Assembly: GCA_000002445.1 (NCBI GenBank)
Contig: CH464491.1
Coordinates: 4,064,001 to 4,128,000, forward strand
Direction: 5' to 3'
Source: Trypanosoma brucei
Taxonomy: Eukaryota
DNA: 64,000 nucleotides
Made by a program: the position numbers and the translations under genes. The notes under the pieces are model-generated. The model was not told the DNA's origin. It saw nothing but the letters and a program-made list of their open reading frames with translations, and searched no databases. This document shows positions 43,187 to 54,633 of this stretch, in pieces. The first letter of the stretch is position 1; each line of letters opens with the position of its first letter.

Positions 43187-43832
43187 AACCAACGAAGTGA
43201 GGTTGGGGGTATCAATACAAAATGCCTACGAGAGTCGCAATAAAAACGTAAAAAAGCAGTAGCACTACGGGGGGGGGGAATGTAAAGTAGGGAAAAAAGA
43301 AGACGGGATTCCGTACTGGGCATAGTTATTTCATTTTGGTGCAATCATAAAATTTGCAGGTTAGTGTACTGAGAGCAGGCTAAACAGTGGTGACTATCCT
43401 CGCTGTTGTCACCTTTCCCCAACCCCTTTCACTTTTTTATTGGTATAATACGGATAAGGGAAGAGGGAGGTAGAAAAATAAAATCGTTCTTTGGTGAGGC
43501 GAAACACAATATTAAAGTGTAAAGAAAGTCGTGAGAAAGGGGTGCGAAAAAATGTTAGTGGACGAGCCACAAAGTGATATTCCTATCGTTTCCATCTTCC
43601 CCCCTCCATCTAAAGGCTGTGACTACACTCAACGGTGCAGATTCGGAGAAAACGCTAAAGGTAGAAAATCGTTAGATGCTTCTGTCACCAACGGCGGCAT
43701 TACTGAGCTTACGCACATACAATCTATCCTAACACTTTTGATGGAGTTGTTATATACATCAAAACAATGAAAAAAAAACAAAATGAAGTCAAAAGAACCA
43801 GGGACGGGCCCCTAGACACGATTACGTGGCCA

Positions 43833-45461
43833 CTACTGGGGCACACCGGTGAGGTGGAAAATTGTTGCCGCTTGAGTGGTGAGAGCAACATCCAAAGGAG
43901 GCGGTGCCCGCAACTTATGCTTTGGAATGTGCATATCTTTTATATCATCATGTTGCAGCAATATTTCTTTCGCTTCTTTAACGCGAACGGAAAGTTTGTT
44001 GATACGCCTGCCAGCCTCCTTCGTTTTTCCGAGCAACTGCCGCTCAGTTTCCCTCAACGTATCAATACTACGCTTTACCAAGTGACAGTGAAAGTAACTC
44101 CTGGCAAGGTTATTCCTCTTGCGGATGTCAGCTACATTTATCGTACCATCTGCCGTGCCGAAGAGAACACCCGCACGATCCTTTTGGGCAAGCTTTTCCA
44201 CAAGTTCATTCTCGGCTGCTGTGACAGCTCCCTCTAACGCTGCCTTCTCACGTCGCAGGGCTGCCCGCTGACCCAGAAGACACAAATTGGAGAGGAATCC
44301 GTCCGCTTCCCCAAGATCCCTCTCGCCGAAAACACGTGCGGATACCTGTCCGGAATCTCTCGATGAACAGAGACGATCCACCGTATCTTTACACTTCACA
44401 GCAACTTTCTCTAGTCTCTGGCTCTCCTTCTCTTCGCGGGCCACGTTAGCCCGAAGCTTCGTGTGAGACCTGGCCGCTCGAGACATTTTCTTGTGGAGCG
44501 CTCGCATTCCTGCAACAGCTTCGGCTGTCTCACGCGCCATGGATCTAAGGCGGAAGAGTTCTTTCTTTACACTTTTCTTCTGATCTGTACTTCCTCGACT
44601 TTCGGTACCGGTGTTCTCCCATCTATTAATATCGTCCTGCCCTTCCATATCCTTTCTTGTTTCACCAGTGACTTCCTTAGGGCTTTTTCGCTTTCTTCGG
44701 GGGCTAGCTGACCCACGAGCAGTTCTGTAGCTTTTGATCGCCGCTGCTCGTTTGGCTGCACTACCAGCCCACAGACTATTGATAACCGCTGAGGCCTCTA
44801 CGCTCTGAACATGTGACGCAGGTGTCCTTTTGCCGCCAGGGTCCTCAACACTTGGAGCAATCAACTTATCCCTGGAAGTACGCGCCACACATGAAACCCG
44901 CCGCGGTTCGTACGCAAGAAGTTCAAACAGGCGAGATCCTGCTGATCGCCTTCCGCGAGAATTTGCTCGACGTGCATGATACACATGTTCGTGGCGCTTG
45001 ATTTGACTCATACAGTTAGCAAGGCAATCGTCTATGCTGTTCCTTTGGGTGGAGATAAAGTTTTTCTTCGGCACACCAAGCGGATGCCATGGTGTCACGT
45101 GTCTGCTCACACGCCGCCGTCCCGGTGTGAAAGATGTGCGTGACAAAGATCTATTTCTGCCTAACCTCCCTCTCTGGGAGGCGTAGGGACCAAAGTTATT
45201 CGACAAATACCCTGATTCCCCCCGCTGGTACACTGATACCGGTGAAGACCTTCGAAGCACAGCAAAATAGTCAGTGCTTGGCCGCTGTTCATGCTTCAGT
45301 GACCGACTGGAAGATCTAGAAACTCCCTTCCCCCTCCCCCGTCGCACGGTCGCGGCATATGAGCCGGCAAATGTGCTGGTTGGCATTCCGCCCTCCCTGC
45401 TCCCTGACACATCCACCCTCCCACCTACATCATTCCAGCTAGTCAAGGGACCACCTTTCAT
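43833..45461 (-). CDS. Hypothetical basic, Ser/Arg-rich protein with C-terminal coiled-coil region
   Basis: The ORF track starts at a TTG (45467); the ATG is at 45461 (MKGGPLTSW…), giving 542 aa. The N-terminal half is RS/RG-rich. The C-terminal half has heptad-like segments (LAQKDRAGV…, LLQHDDIKDM). Confidence 0.45.
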   Translation of the reverse strand: MKGGPLTSWNDVGGRVDVSGSREGGMPTSTFAGSYAATVRRGRGKGVSRSSSRSLKHEQRPSTDYFAVLRRSSPVSVYQRGESGYLSNNFGPYASQRGRLGRNRSLSRTSFTPGRRRVSRHVTPWHPLGVPKKNFISTQRNSIDDCLANCMSQIKRHEHVYHARRANSRGRRSAGSRLFELLAYEPRRVSCVARTSRDKLIAPSVEDPGGKRTPASHVQSVEASAVINSLWAGSAAKRAAAIKSYRTARGSASPRRKRKSPKEVTGETRKDMEGQDDINRWENTGTESRGSTDQKKSVKKELFRLRSMARETAEAVAGMRALHKKMSRAARSHTKLRANVAREEKESQRLEKVAVKCKDTVDRLCSSRDSGQVSARVFGERDLGEADGFLSNLCLLGQRAALRREKAALEGAVTAAENELVEKLAQKDRAGVLFGTADGTINVADIRKRNNLARSYFHCHLVKRSIDTLRETERQLLGKTKEAGRRINKLSVRVKEAKEILLQHDDIKDMHIPKHKLRAPPPLDVALTTQAATIFHLTGVPQ

Positions 45462-45787
45462 GTACAAGCCGCTGCGTTAAGAGAAGCGATGCGTAAATAA
45501 AATAAGCCCAATTAGGACTCGCTATTCAAAAATTAAAAAAAAAGTATATGTGAGGGGAAACTACAAGGCTTAATTACCAAAAAAGAAACCGAAGGGAAGG
45601 AAGAAGTGGTGGACTCTAGGAAACAGCTTCGCAGTGGTGATACGTGAAATTAGTACAAAGAGGTTTAAAAATGGGGGAAAAAAGTACAAAGCACTCACCA
45701 CATCAAAGGATGTCATTGTGCTCTATAGTTTACACCCATCCAACATTAACAGAGGTACCTCTCCGCGATCTGTAACTATCCGACGGC

Positions 45788-48700
45788 TTAAGAATCCCTG
45801 CTCTCGTCGTTACATAACGAAGCAACGTTACCTCGTTCATCAGAACTTTCAATGTCCATCTGCTCGTACTTGCGACTCAGATTACCCATCACCACGAAGC
45901 TGCTGCTAGCAAGCCGACTTCGTATACGGTTAAAGTGTTCTACAATGCAATTGTTTTCCTTCCTGTAGGTTGAGATAACCGAATTTGAATGCAGTATCTT
46001 CCTCTGCAAATATTCCACCTCTTCCCGTAGCCGCGCAACGGTCTTGGGTGGGTCCTTGGGAAGACTTCCATCATCAAGCTTCAACAAAGATGGCATATCT
46101 ACCCTTTTCCCAGTTTCTTTTTCGTAAACAGCGATCTCTTCTTCTAGAAGCGTCATCGCCCGGGGTATCTTCTCATCCCTGTCCAGTTGTTCCGACAGAA
46201 AGTTCATTTCCTCATGATATGCCTCGTAGCGGTAGGCAACACGTATGTCAGAGACTCGGCTCTTGCGTGCATCATTTCCAAGTGTCGAATTGAGGTAATA
46301 CAAATTCCCGAGGGCGTTCTTCTTCCATGCGTGAGGGAAGCCACTCTGTAGCACACTGTTACGTGCAATCTCTGACAAATCATTGAATTCAAACTTCCAA
46401 AGTTTGGCGGCAATAGAGTATTCTTCAATAAGCGGTTCCCGTGTGAAGTGGAAGTAAAGCGGTTGATTGGTCGCAAGGCTAACATTTAGCCCACGGCGAA
46501 AAAATAGAGGAAAGGGGTTCAAAAGATACTCTGAGGCGGCCGCGGTATTGCTCAACGGCGACATCGCCACACCCACCTGAGTTATATAGTACATGTATTC
46601 TAGCACGGGGTTGTTACGCAGCGTCACACCATGGTTAATGCCATCGGCCAGCAAAAATCCCCCAATGAGATGTTCAATGTCCCCCAACTCACCGCATTGG
46701 GGTCGAAACGCGAAGGTGCTAAGTCCGCGCGATGCGCGGAACTGATTCAATGTTGTAATGTTTGCCCAATAGTAGTAGAGATACATGTTATATGGCGGGT
46801 TTAACTCACTATTCCAGTCGTGTGGGTACTTGCAGGTGAGTGGAAGATCAATTTTCGTTTCATCATCAACGCAGTCCATCCCTGATACGTGTGTGAGAAA
46901 ATAGTGAAATCTCGTGTCTTTGGCGGGATGAAGACTGACTTCCCACAAGGGCTGGAAGATATTGTCCAAGTACTCGCCGAAGTTACGCACGATCCCCTGC
47001 TGACGGAGCCGACGGTAGCACCGGGGCAAACTAATCATCCAACGGTTCTGCCTGCTCGCCATGCCATAGCGATCAAACCAGTGTGCCAACAAGGCCCATT
47101 CACTCTTTGATTTGCCACCAATAACCAAACGGTTTTCAGAAAAACTGAAAGCATCCTCCTGATACAGCTCTAGTGTGCGTTTTGTCAGTTCAGCAAAATA
47201 GCGTCCCTTCATAAAGTTATCCGGGTCCAAAAAAGTTGTGCGCAGCTGCGGGTTCGTGTTTAACAAATGATTCAATTCATCGACGGTAATGCGCGTGGGA
47301 TTAATCTTGTGCCGCTCCAGCACTTGCCTTAATGTCACCGGCTGGTTGTCCTCCTCAAACACTACATCATGTCCATGATGAAGCGCCTTCTCCACGAAGA
47401 ACTCCAGCAGCGTACGGGCATTCATACCGGCCGCCGTTTGCACGTTAGTATCCACCTTATGCGCGGTGAAAAAGTCCCTGTTATTCCATTCCTTTTCCTC
47501 CTTCTTACCAGCTTCTTTAGAAATGTTAAGGGCCAGGTGAAGATGGAACTTCCGCTCCAGAAGATTCAACCGCTGCGTAGCGAGATTCCGCAGCTTTTGG
47601 TGACCCATAACCGCACCCCGGACGGTGTACACGTCACGTATGAACTCCTTAACAGGAGGAATGAAACTTGGCCACTGTGGCGCCAACCCACTGCGACACG
47701 TGAGAAAAACACCATAGTAGTTGTTATATTCCCAAAGCGACTCATCGAAATTAGAGTCGTTGAATACATCCTCCACCTTTACGTCAACATATTTAACACG
47801 CGGATTAACGTACTTACTTCGGAGAACAATAATTTCGCGAAGCAGCTCGACTGCTTCTCGTTCACGGAAGCCTGTGGGCCCGTCAGTAACATCGATTCGT
47901 GAGAAGACGACACGCCAATCCGTGTGATTGGCTCGCTTTGCATTTCGCAACTGTTGAAGATCGTCGTCCAACGTCCTTGCGGCACCCGTCACGGTGACCA
48001 TGTTTATGCGTGTGGGCTGCTCTCCCTTCTTAGCCACCTGCGAAAGGACAAGGTTCAGCACCGCCTCTTCGTGTACTAAACATTCTTGGCGGAATTGTAA
48101 ACGGGAATCACAGGCACCCAAGCGGCGAACATCACCTCCACCAAACTCCAGGTGCTGAAAGATGTCACCCAACCACTTTTGCTTTACCGCGTCAGGAAAG
48201 TTACTGTTGAGAACACTGTTCCGCGACAGTTCATACACAGCCATTGGCGTCATGGAAAACAACTTCATCAGCGTTGCGTATTCCTCCAGCAGTGGATTGA
48301 TTGAGTGGTGCACATAAAGAGGATCGGATGTTGTTATAGATACCACCAATCCCCGGAGAAAGTATCGAACAATGGGATGGTCAAAGTAAGACATGCTCAG
48401 CGCATTGTCACGCAGAGGTGACATAACAATACCAATCCGACAGTACATGAAGAGGTACTGCATGATCCAGCTACTTTGCAGCGTGTTGGCGTGGTACACT
48501 ACGTCACCTAGTAGGAAACTGGATATCAGTTGCTCGTACATGGGGGCCCGCTCGAACACGGAGGGACTGAAGTTGAGTGTGTTTAAGTCATACCGCGCGC
48601 GCAGGCAGTTCAGCGCTAAAAGGTTAGACCATATGTAGTAAAAGAAGTAGCAGTCGCTAATGGAAGCTGTGTATTTCACTTGCTCCGGACTTACAGCATC

Positions 48701-50041
48701 CAATGTAATGCTCTGCGATTGCGTTTGAGACCCCGTTAGAATGCTGATGGAGCCTGTTTTCTTCAGTAATAAGGCGACGTCCACCCACCGCTGTTCTGAT
48801 GGGTGCAATGTAGCCATAAACATCGGATAGAAAATATTCTTTAGTTGGTCGGAAAAGGTGTCACATGTAATAGGTTGCATGTTTGGCCCTTCAGGGGGTG
48901 CAGTACGGGGGATGCAAATTGTCCAGCTGTTTAGGGTGAATGAGTTAAACCCTTGTCGACTCACCCACGCAGCAAGTTTCTCTAGTTCCTCCGCATTGTG
49001 TCCATAAACCTTAAGTTGCATTTCTGTGGCAAAGGTCTGTCGCCCCCGGAACTCCCGCTGTTCGAACTCTGGACGAATGATAGACCCAAGGAGATCACCA
49101 TCTCTCGAACCGTTTGTAGAGAGAAATGACTGAAGCAAATCGGTGGCAAAACGGCCTCCTGGGTTGAGCGCCGAGTCAAACGCATCGTATTGCTGAAATT
49201 TGTTGTGATACTTGGGCGGGTGCATCCCAAGTCCTTGCACTGTTAGCTGACGTGGGTCCTTCACACCATGAGATTCCAAGTATTCATGCAGCAGTACGGT
49301 TTTCCCCTTCTCCCGGAATAGCGGGGTACGTGGTTGTTCAGTGGCTGTTGAGATGATGAACTCAAGCACAACCTGAGCTATGACAGAAGTGTTCAACTGT
49401 AGTGCGTTGTCAACGCGCGTACACTGGACATACATATTGTCACCACACACAGGTCTATCTACATTGGACTCTATTTTCCAATTCAACAATGCAAATAACT
49501 GTGACTTTCTCTCCAAAGTAAGGAGTCGGGACCTCGCCGCTGAAAGACAGGGGCCAGATTCAATCACACTGTAGACCAACCGCACGTCCCGTACATACGT
49601 TTCCCACGGTATTACATGCGTCTTCATGCCGCCAAACCGATAAACGCCCCGGTCAAATACTAGTGTTGTCTCGTCGTCCCCTGGGGTAATGTCAGAGGAT
49701 TCTTCCTCGTCGCCCTCTTTTGTTAGGCTATCAAACTCACCCTTGTCTCGTTGCTTGTATTTCTGCCTCGCAAGAATGACATTGGCGATCATCTCTGCAC
49801 ACTTTGCAAAGTCTCTATCGCCGTCATCCTCGCCTATAATAACCCTCTGGTATCGACTCGACGGATTCTTTCTAATATTCTTTCTTCCTGCATCGGCGTT
49901 GAATGCTGTCTTTTCTCTCTGCCACGCAGACTGCTCCGTGCGTGAGAGTTCCGGCTGGGGGCCAGTCTTGATGGAAGTAGGTGATCGGTCACGAGGCGAA
50001 GCAACCGGCCCCGACATGGGAAGGGGCGTTGGATCCGACAT
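45788..50041 (-). CDS. Giant AMP-deaminase-like protein with two tandem deaminase (amidohydrolase) domains, both lacking canonical metal-binding residues
   Basis: 1417 aa, ATG start. The C-terminal copy (FRPQCGELGDIEHLIGGFLLADGINHGVTLRNNPVLEYMYYITQVGVAMSPLSNTAAASEYLLNPFPLFFRRGLNVSLATNQPLYFHFTREPLIEEYSIAAKLWKF…ARNSVLQSGF) is closely colinear with the AMPD signature FRPHCGEAG…[24 protein letters not shown]…ARNSVLMSGF. The N-terminal copy (FSPSVFERAP…GLVVSITTSDPLYVHHSINPLLEEYATLMKLF…SRNSVLNSNF) is a second, more divergent deaminase domain. Confidence 0.85.
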   Translation of the reverse strand: MSDPTPLPMSGPVASPRDRSPTSIKTGPQPELSRTEQSAWQREKTAFNADAGRKNIRKNPSSRYQRVIIGEDDGDRDFAKCAEMIANVILARQKYKQRDKGEFDSLTKEGDEEESSDITPGDDETTLVFDRGVYRFGGMKTHVIPWETYVRDVRLVYSVIESGPCLSAARSRLLTLERKSQLFALLNWKIESNVDRPVCGDNMYVQCTRVDNALQLNTSVIAQVVLEFIISTATEQPRTPLFREKGKTVLLHEYLESHGVKDPRQLTVQGLGMHPPKYHNKFQQYDAFDSALNPGGRFATDLLQSFLSTNGSRDGDLLGSIIRPEFEQREFRGRQTFATEMQLKVYGHNAEELEKLAAWVSRQGFNSFTLNSWTICIPRTAPPEGPNMQPITCDTFSDQLKNIFYPMFMATLHPSEQRWVDVALLLKKTGSISILTGSQTQSQSITLDAVSPEQVKYTASISDCYFFYYIWSNLLALNCLRARYDLNTLNFSPSVFERAPMYEQLISSFLLGDVVYHANTLQSSWIMQYLFMYCRIGIVMSPLRDNALSMSYFDHPIVRYFLRGLVVSITTSDPLYVHHSINPLLEEYATLMKLFSMTPMAVYELSRNSVLNSNFPDAVKQKWLGDIFQHLEFGGGDVRRLGACDSRLQFRQECLVHEEAVLNLVLSQVAKKGEQPTRINMVTVTGAARTLDDDLQQLRNAKRANHTDWRVVFSRIDVTDGPTGFREREAVELLREIIVLRSKYVNPRVKYVDVKVEDVFNDSNFDESLWEYNNYYGVFLTCRSGLAPQWPSFIPPVKEFIRDVYTVRGAVMGHQKLRNLATQRLNLLERKFHLHLALNISKEAGKKEEKEWNNRDFFTAHKVDTNVQTAAGMNARTLLEFFVEKALHHGHDVVFEEDNQPVTLRQVLERHKINPTRITVDELNHLLNTNPQLRTTFLDPDNFMKGRYFAELTKRTLELYQEDAFSFSENRLVIGGKSKSEWALLAHWFDRYGMASRQNRWMISLPRCYRRLRQQGIVRNFGEYLDNIFQPLWEVSLHPAKDTRFHYFLTHVSGMDCVDDETKIDLPLTCKYPHDWNSELNPPYNMYLYYYWANITTLNQFRASRGLSTFAFRPQCGELGDIEHLIGGFLLADGINHGVTLRNNPVLEYMYYITQVGVAMSPLSNTAAASEYLLNPFPLFFRRGLNVSLATNQPLYFHFTREPLIEEYSIAAKLWKFEFNDLSEIARNSVLQSGFPHAWKKNALGNLYYLNSTLGNDARKSRVSDIRVAYRYEAYHEEMNFLSEQLDRDEKIPRAMTLLEEEIAVYEKETGKRVDMPSLLKLDDGSLPKDPPKTVARLREEVEYLQRKILHSNSVISTYRKENNCIVEHFNRIRSRLASSSFVVMGNLSRKYEQMDIESSDERGNVASLCNDESRDS

Positions 50042-50385
50042 CTCTAATTGTTGAAAATGGCGCTACCTAAGGGGGACCAACGATTTGAGTTTCTTTTTAT
50101 TTTTCTAATGGGGAAGAATGGGGAGAAAATGAGGAGATGACGAGAAAATTAGTGCACTTGCGTTATCATCAGAGTTCGGCTGTACAACTAGGGCGATGCA
50201 GCACGATGAAACAACAAATACAACAACGCGAGGCGTGGCAGTAGTTGGCGTCGCTGCTGGTGGAATGGAAATTAGCCAATTACACTACAGAAAACAGGAA
50301 TGAAACAAGAGCGTACGAGACGGGAAAATACCAATGGCAAACAAAAAGCAACACCACCGGCTTAACCTAACGTTCTTATCCGCTC

Positions 50386-51519
50386 CTACGAGTTTTGAAC
50401 AACCTGCGCTCTCTTTCGGTTCTCCTTGATCAAGCGCACGGCGAGAGTTATTACACCATAGACAGGCATCAAAATGGAGAGGTGGTTTACCACAGCTTGA
50501 TCCCATGGAATGTAAATCTGTGGCAACAGTAGTTGATGAAACTGCAGGTCGGCCGCAGCTCGCGCAAGTTTGGTGAAGTCACTTTCATGGACAAGTTTTT
50601 CAAGACGATCGACAGCTCCCCTAACACCCTCTGGCACGGGCATTTCGGGGTGAGCATCCACCGACATCTTCAGCTGCCTGAGTGCACGAAGGGCGTAATG
50701 GCAACCACGAACTTTACGCATCATCGCCCATCGTTGGGTTGCATTGGCGTCACGGAAGTTTTCAATCTCTAACCAGTCTGCTAGAAGTGTCGCCACCGCA
50801 GCCTCCACTTCACGCTTCGTGGTCTCCATCCCCATTTCAGTGGGAACGGTGCAGTACGCGCGCTTGTCATCGAAGAGAAAGCAGCGAACAGACTTGGCCG
50901 CAGACGGGGGCGCAGCGAAAAAGCTGATCGTGTGCATTAAGAGTTCTTCTTTCAAGCTAACGGCGTATGCATGCTTAGCGACGGAGAGTCCGAGCTGTTG
51001 CTTGATAGCGGCATTTGCCAACGGATCTTGACTCACCTTACCGCTCCCACTCCACTTCGTGCTGCTACTACTGCTTTTCTCCAGGTTCCCATCGGAACCC
51101 AACTGCGAAACCCTTACAATGCGCTGTATGAACTGTTGCTTCCGATTGCCCGCACCAGACACCACCTTTTCGATGCGATCAAGGGTGTCGTGAACGGGCA
51201 ACGACCACTCCTCGCGCGCCACCCAGATGGCAACACCAATCTGTGTGGGTACAGGGTGAAGCACAGACTCAGGTGCCGACGCATTGAAGGCGTCTCCCAA
51301 AGAACGACACTTAGATTCTATCGATTCCATGAGGGTTGGCAACGAGATATCTGTGCGGTCCTTGCAAATTGAAATGTAGTGCACCCCCAGTACAACAGCA
51401 CCTGTTAGCAGGCAAGCGGCAATTAATGGAGTGTTGTCGGTAAACCTCCAATCGCACCTTTTTTTTTCATCATCCAATTTCCGTTCGGCGGAATTCGCCA
51501 GATCACCGCTGCTCCTCAT
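50386..51519 (-). CDS. Hypothetical membrane protein (N- and C-terminal hydrophobic helices)
   Basis: 377 aa, ATG start. TM segments TPLIAACLLTGAVVLGVHYISI and SILMPVYGVITLAVRLI. Confidence 0.45.
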   Translation of the reverse strand: MRSSGDLANSAERKLDDEKKRCDWRFTDNTPLIAACLLTGAVVLGVHYISICKDRTDISLPTLMESIESKCRSLGDAFNASAPESVLHPVPTQIGVAIWVAREEWSLPVHDTLDRIEKVVSGAGNRKQQFIQRIVRVSQLGSDGNLEKSSSSSTKWSGSGKVSQDPLANAAIKQQLGLSVAKHAYAVSLKEELLMHTISFFAAPPSAAKSVRCFLFDDKRAYCTVPTEMGMETTKREVEAAVATLLADWLEIENFRDANATQRWAMMRKVRGCHYALRALRQLKMSVDAHPEMPVPEGVRGAVDRLEKLVHESDFTKLARAAADLQFHQLLLPQIYIPWDQAVVNHLSILMPVYGVITLAVRLIKENRKRAQVVQNS

Positions 51520-52443
51520 TGGTTACAGATTGTCCTTTTCCTCGCTCCAGCCGGAGTATTTAACGACACCACTGATGCCACCAACTGGTGTGCCACAAGA
51601 GGGGGTTAAATCAAAGAAAACCCTCCCCTTAGTTCTTAAATTTCCCTGCGTATCAAGCCGCCTGAGCTACCTACACCCTTTTCGACTGCTTTCCCTGTCA
51701 AGTCGTTACCACCAATACCGGAGTTCGTTTATCTTGCTACTTGCACATGTCGGTGATGTAGTGAAAAAATAATGCAGAGTAACAGGTGGCAAATGCTCGC
51801 ATTAGTTCAGGGTTTCTGGTACCAACTATGCCAATACATAACAAAACGGAGGAGCCCATAGCTGAGGAAGCAAAATCGCACATTATGTAACTGTGTTACG
51901 TTTCGTTTAGCATTTATGATGAAAAGGGGAGTCAAGAAGCGCCGACACTGCATCGTGGAGCGTATCCAAATAAAAATCTCTTGCCATTTAAACGGTAAGA
52001 CACCACAGCTCCCACCTATTCCCCCCTCTCTTATGCAAGCACACACAACCACACAAGCGAAGACCGCTTAGTGGGGCTGTGTGGCGTTGTGGCAAAGTCA
52101 ATGACTTTCGCTTTCTTTGTTGTTGCTGCCCGTGCCGGGTGCTCCAGTGGGGTGTACATCTAAAGGGGAGTACGAAAACGTGTACGACCCCCTTGTTACG
52201 AAGATAGGCCGAGCGAGAGCAACAACTGGGGAGCCGGCGGCTTCGGACCTTCTGCCGGCTAGACCCGTCCAGTAAGACAACACGCCCACTGAAGCGCAAA
52301 AAACGAAATGCGTGGAACCAGGAGGGAGGCACGGTGGTCGTTGAATCAGCTGTATTTCGAGCATGACGCGACACTGATAGCGATGACACTTGTTATATTC
52401 AACGTACACTTATTCGCCGCTCTCCTAACCGGGAATTTGTCAT

Positions 52444-53517
52444 TCAGCTGGCTCCCTTAATATACGGCACAAACTTTTGAGTTCTGGAGCCGCGAGGAAG
52501 GGGTTTGAGCTTCTGGGGAGGATGACCCACTGAAGTACAAGAGGACGCAGCCCCTGTAAGCTCTACATTCCCTCCACCAGACACGGGCCCCTCCCTCCAA
52601 AAAGCGAGAACATTGTCCTCACCCCCAGTAATCAAACAATCCTCTACGCCAATGGCGACGCGGCTGATCTCTTTGTGAAACTGAGGAAGTGCTACCCGCT
52701 CGCGAGTGGCCACATCCATGACGCTAAGCGGACCCGCATTGCCATCCTCGTCCCGCACCCCAGTTACGAGGTAAAGCCGCCCCCTGAGAGAACAAATATC
52801 TACGCAATACGTCGCATCATCAGGCCTCTCGTATCGCACCTCCTGTTGTTGAAGAACATACGGGAAGGTGTAGGCGTTTTCACATGATCCGACGATCCCA
52901 AGCGTAGCATGCTCGGGGAACGCGTTCATCTTTGTTGCCACCTCCCCACAGGAGAGCGCCTGGAGAAGCATATCATTTTCCTTGACAACTGGTGAAGAAT
53001 CGATAAAGTTGATCATTTGATCTTCTCCAGCGGAGCAGTACACTGACTCGCTAATGAAACGCACACGAGTTATCTCGTCAAGGTGCATTGTACCTATAAT
53101 CCTTTTGGTGTTCCAGGTTCGTGTGTCAACGATATGTATGTCACCGTTAACAGCAACCGCAATATCGTCTCCATTGGGAGACGTAGCCACCGCCCCACCA
53201 GTAGCCCCGGTGCCGCAGTACTCGCTAAGAAAGTGCGCAGGAGACTGTTGCCTTATGTCGCTCACCATAACCCCCGTATCCTCTTGTGCGCTATATAGTA
53301 CGTGGGGTTGAGTAGGTGAAGAAGTGACATCCCGTATTGTACACGTGTGACCGCGTATTGTGCACAGAGCTGAAGCTGTGCAGGCGTCATAGCACTGAAT
53401 GGTTTGGTTGGAGAGGGAAAGGCAGAGTGCAACACTACCACTACCCGTGCACAGGCAACCGTCGAGAGCGTACACTCCTTCCTGATCAGATATTCTCACA
53501 CTGTGATGCACCTGCAT
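52444..53517 (-). CDS. WD40-repeat (beta-propeller) protein
   Basis: The ORF track starts at a GTG (53568); the ATG is at 53517 (MQVHHSVRISDQ…), giving 357 aa. Repeated WD-like blade ends (IVDTRTWN, SAGEDQMINFID, TGGEDNVLAFWR, SLRGRLYLVTGVRD). Confidence 0.55.
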   Translation of the reverse strand: MQVHHSVRISDQEGVYALDGCLCTGSGSVALCLSLSNQTIQCYDACTASALCTIRGHTCTIRDVTSSPTQPHVLYSAQEDTGVMVSDIRQQSPAHFLSEYCGTGATGGAVATSPNGDDIAVAVNGDIHIVDTRTWNTKRIIGTMHLDEITRVRFISESVYCSAGEDQMINFIDSSPVVKENDMLLQALSCGEVATKMNAFPEHATLGIVGSCENAYTFPYVLQQQEVRYERPDDATYCVDICSLRGRLYLVTGVRDEDGNAGPLSVMDVATRERVALPQFHKEISRVAIGVEDCLITGGEDNVLAFWREGPVSGGGNVELTGAASSCTSVGHPPQKLKPLPRGSRTQKFVPYIKGAS

Positions 53518-54633
53518 GTTATATATATCGCAGCACAACGCAAATACTCGGCCACTGTATGAAACCACAGGTTCAGCTCTGCTTCGCCACTGTGGATTGG
53601 CAATGCGCTAAACACCTCCCCCCTCTCCGTGCTGTCAGTCAATATATTGCACCGCCGCAAGCTGACGAACACAATCGTTACAGCCGCTCCGTGTCAAGTG
53701 TGGAGCGTTTACGCGGCTCCACACGTGTCTTTTCCTTAATAACGAAAGCAGACACTAAAGCGGGAAAGAACAAGAGTTAATTGGATCCCATCCAACGCAT
53801 AAGGATAAAAAGAGGGCAAAGAATAACTGTCATTGTTTCCACTTTCTCGCTTGGATAAAATACAGCTCGATAACGCCAATCCTTCCTACAAGATTAAGAA
53901 TAAAGAAGGCTTGTTTATGGATCGTTCCTTTCTCAGATACGTCACAGCTCTCTCAAGCACAAACAGTGCTGCATACGTTTTTACGCTAACGTATCAGCGT
54001 GGATAACGCTGACAAGCATGTATTGACTAAAACAATAGTCAAAAAGCTCCCCCCAGCTACATTCCCCCCCCCCGCAGCACCACAACGAAAGTGGCACTTC
54101 GGTGAAAAGGACAATCGCAGTAATTGCACAAAGAGGCCTCGTGACGATAGGACAAGCTGCAGTGGAGAACTACTACATGGAAAGCAAGGTACAAGACAAC
54201 ACAAAACAGCAATATACATGTATATACATATATACATATGTATATATACGATATCATCACTGCAAGTCGTCCCTTTGCTCCTTCGCAATGTCGACATGGC
54301 CGCCACCTGGTGATTTCAGCAATAACTCCGCCTGAAGGGTCGTTCGAAGCCGAATATAATAAGAAGGTTTGTACCGCCCCAATCAGGCATTCCGGAGGAT
54401 ATGGGCGTAAGTCATTGTGTACAACCCCTCCCCAACACAATACAAATACCTTAGCAATACATAACGACGTAAAAAAAAAAAAAGAACTAAAGCAACGACA
54501 CATGTCTATTCTCCCAACGCCACTTTGCAAGCGTATGTGCGCATGTGTACCTTCTCCTGCAGTGCGAGCATACGCCAAAACTCCCCAAAATAACACGTAA
54601 TTACCAAGTAAAATAAGACACTAGTGAAAAACG

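Noticed and set aside
54057-54596. 179-aa minus-strand ORF in the spacer between the WD40 and COX19-like genes
   Set aside because: Cys/Leu/Val-rich low-complexity translation overlapping (TA/CA)n-like sequence. It has no motif support and sits where UTR sequence is expected.
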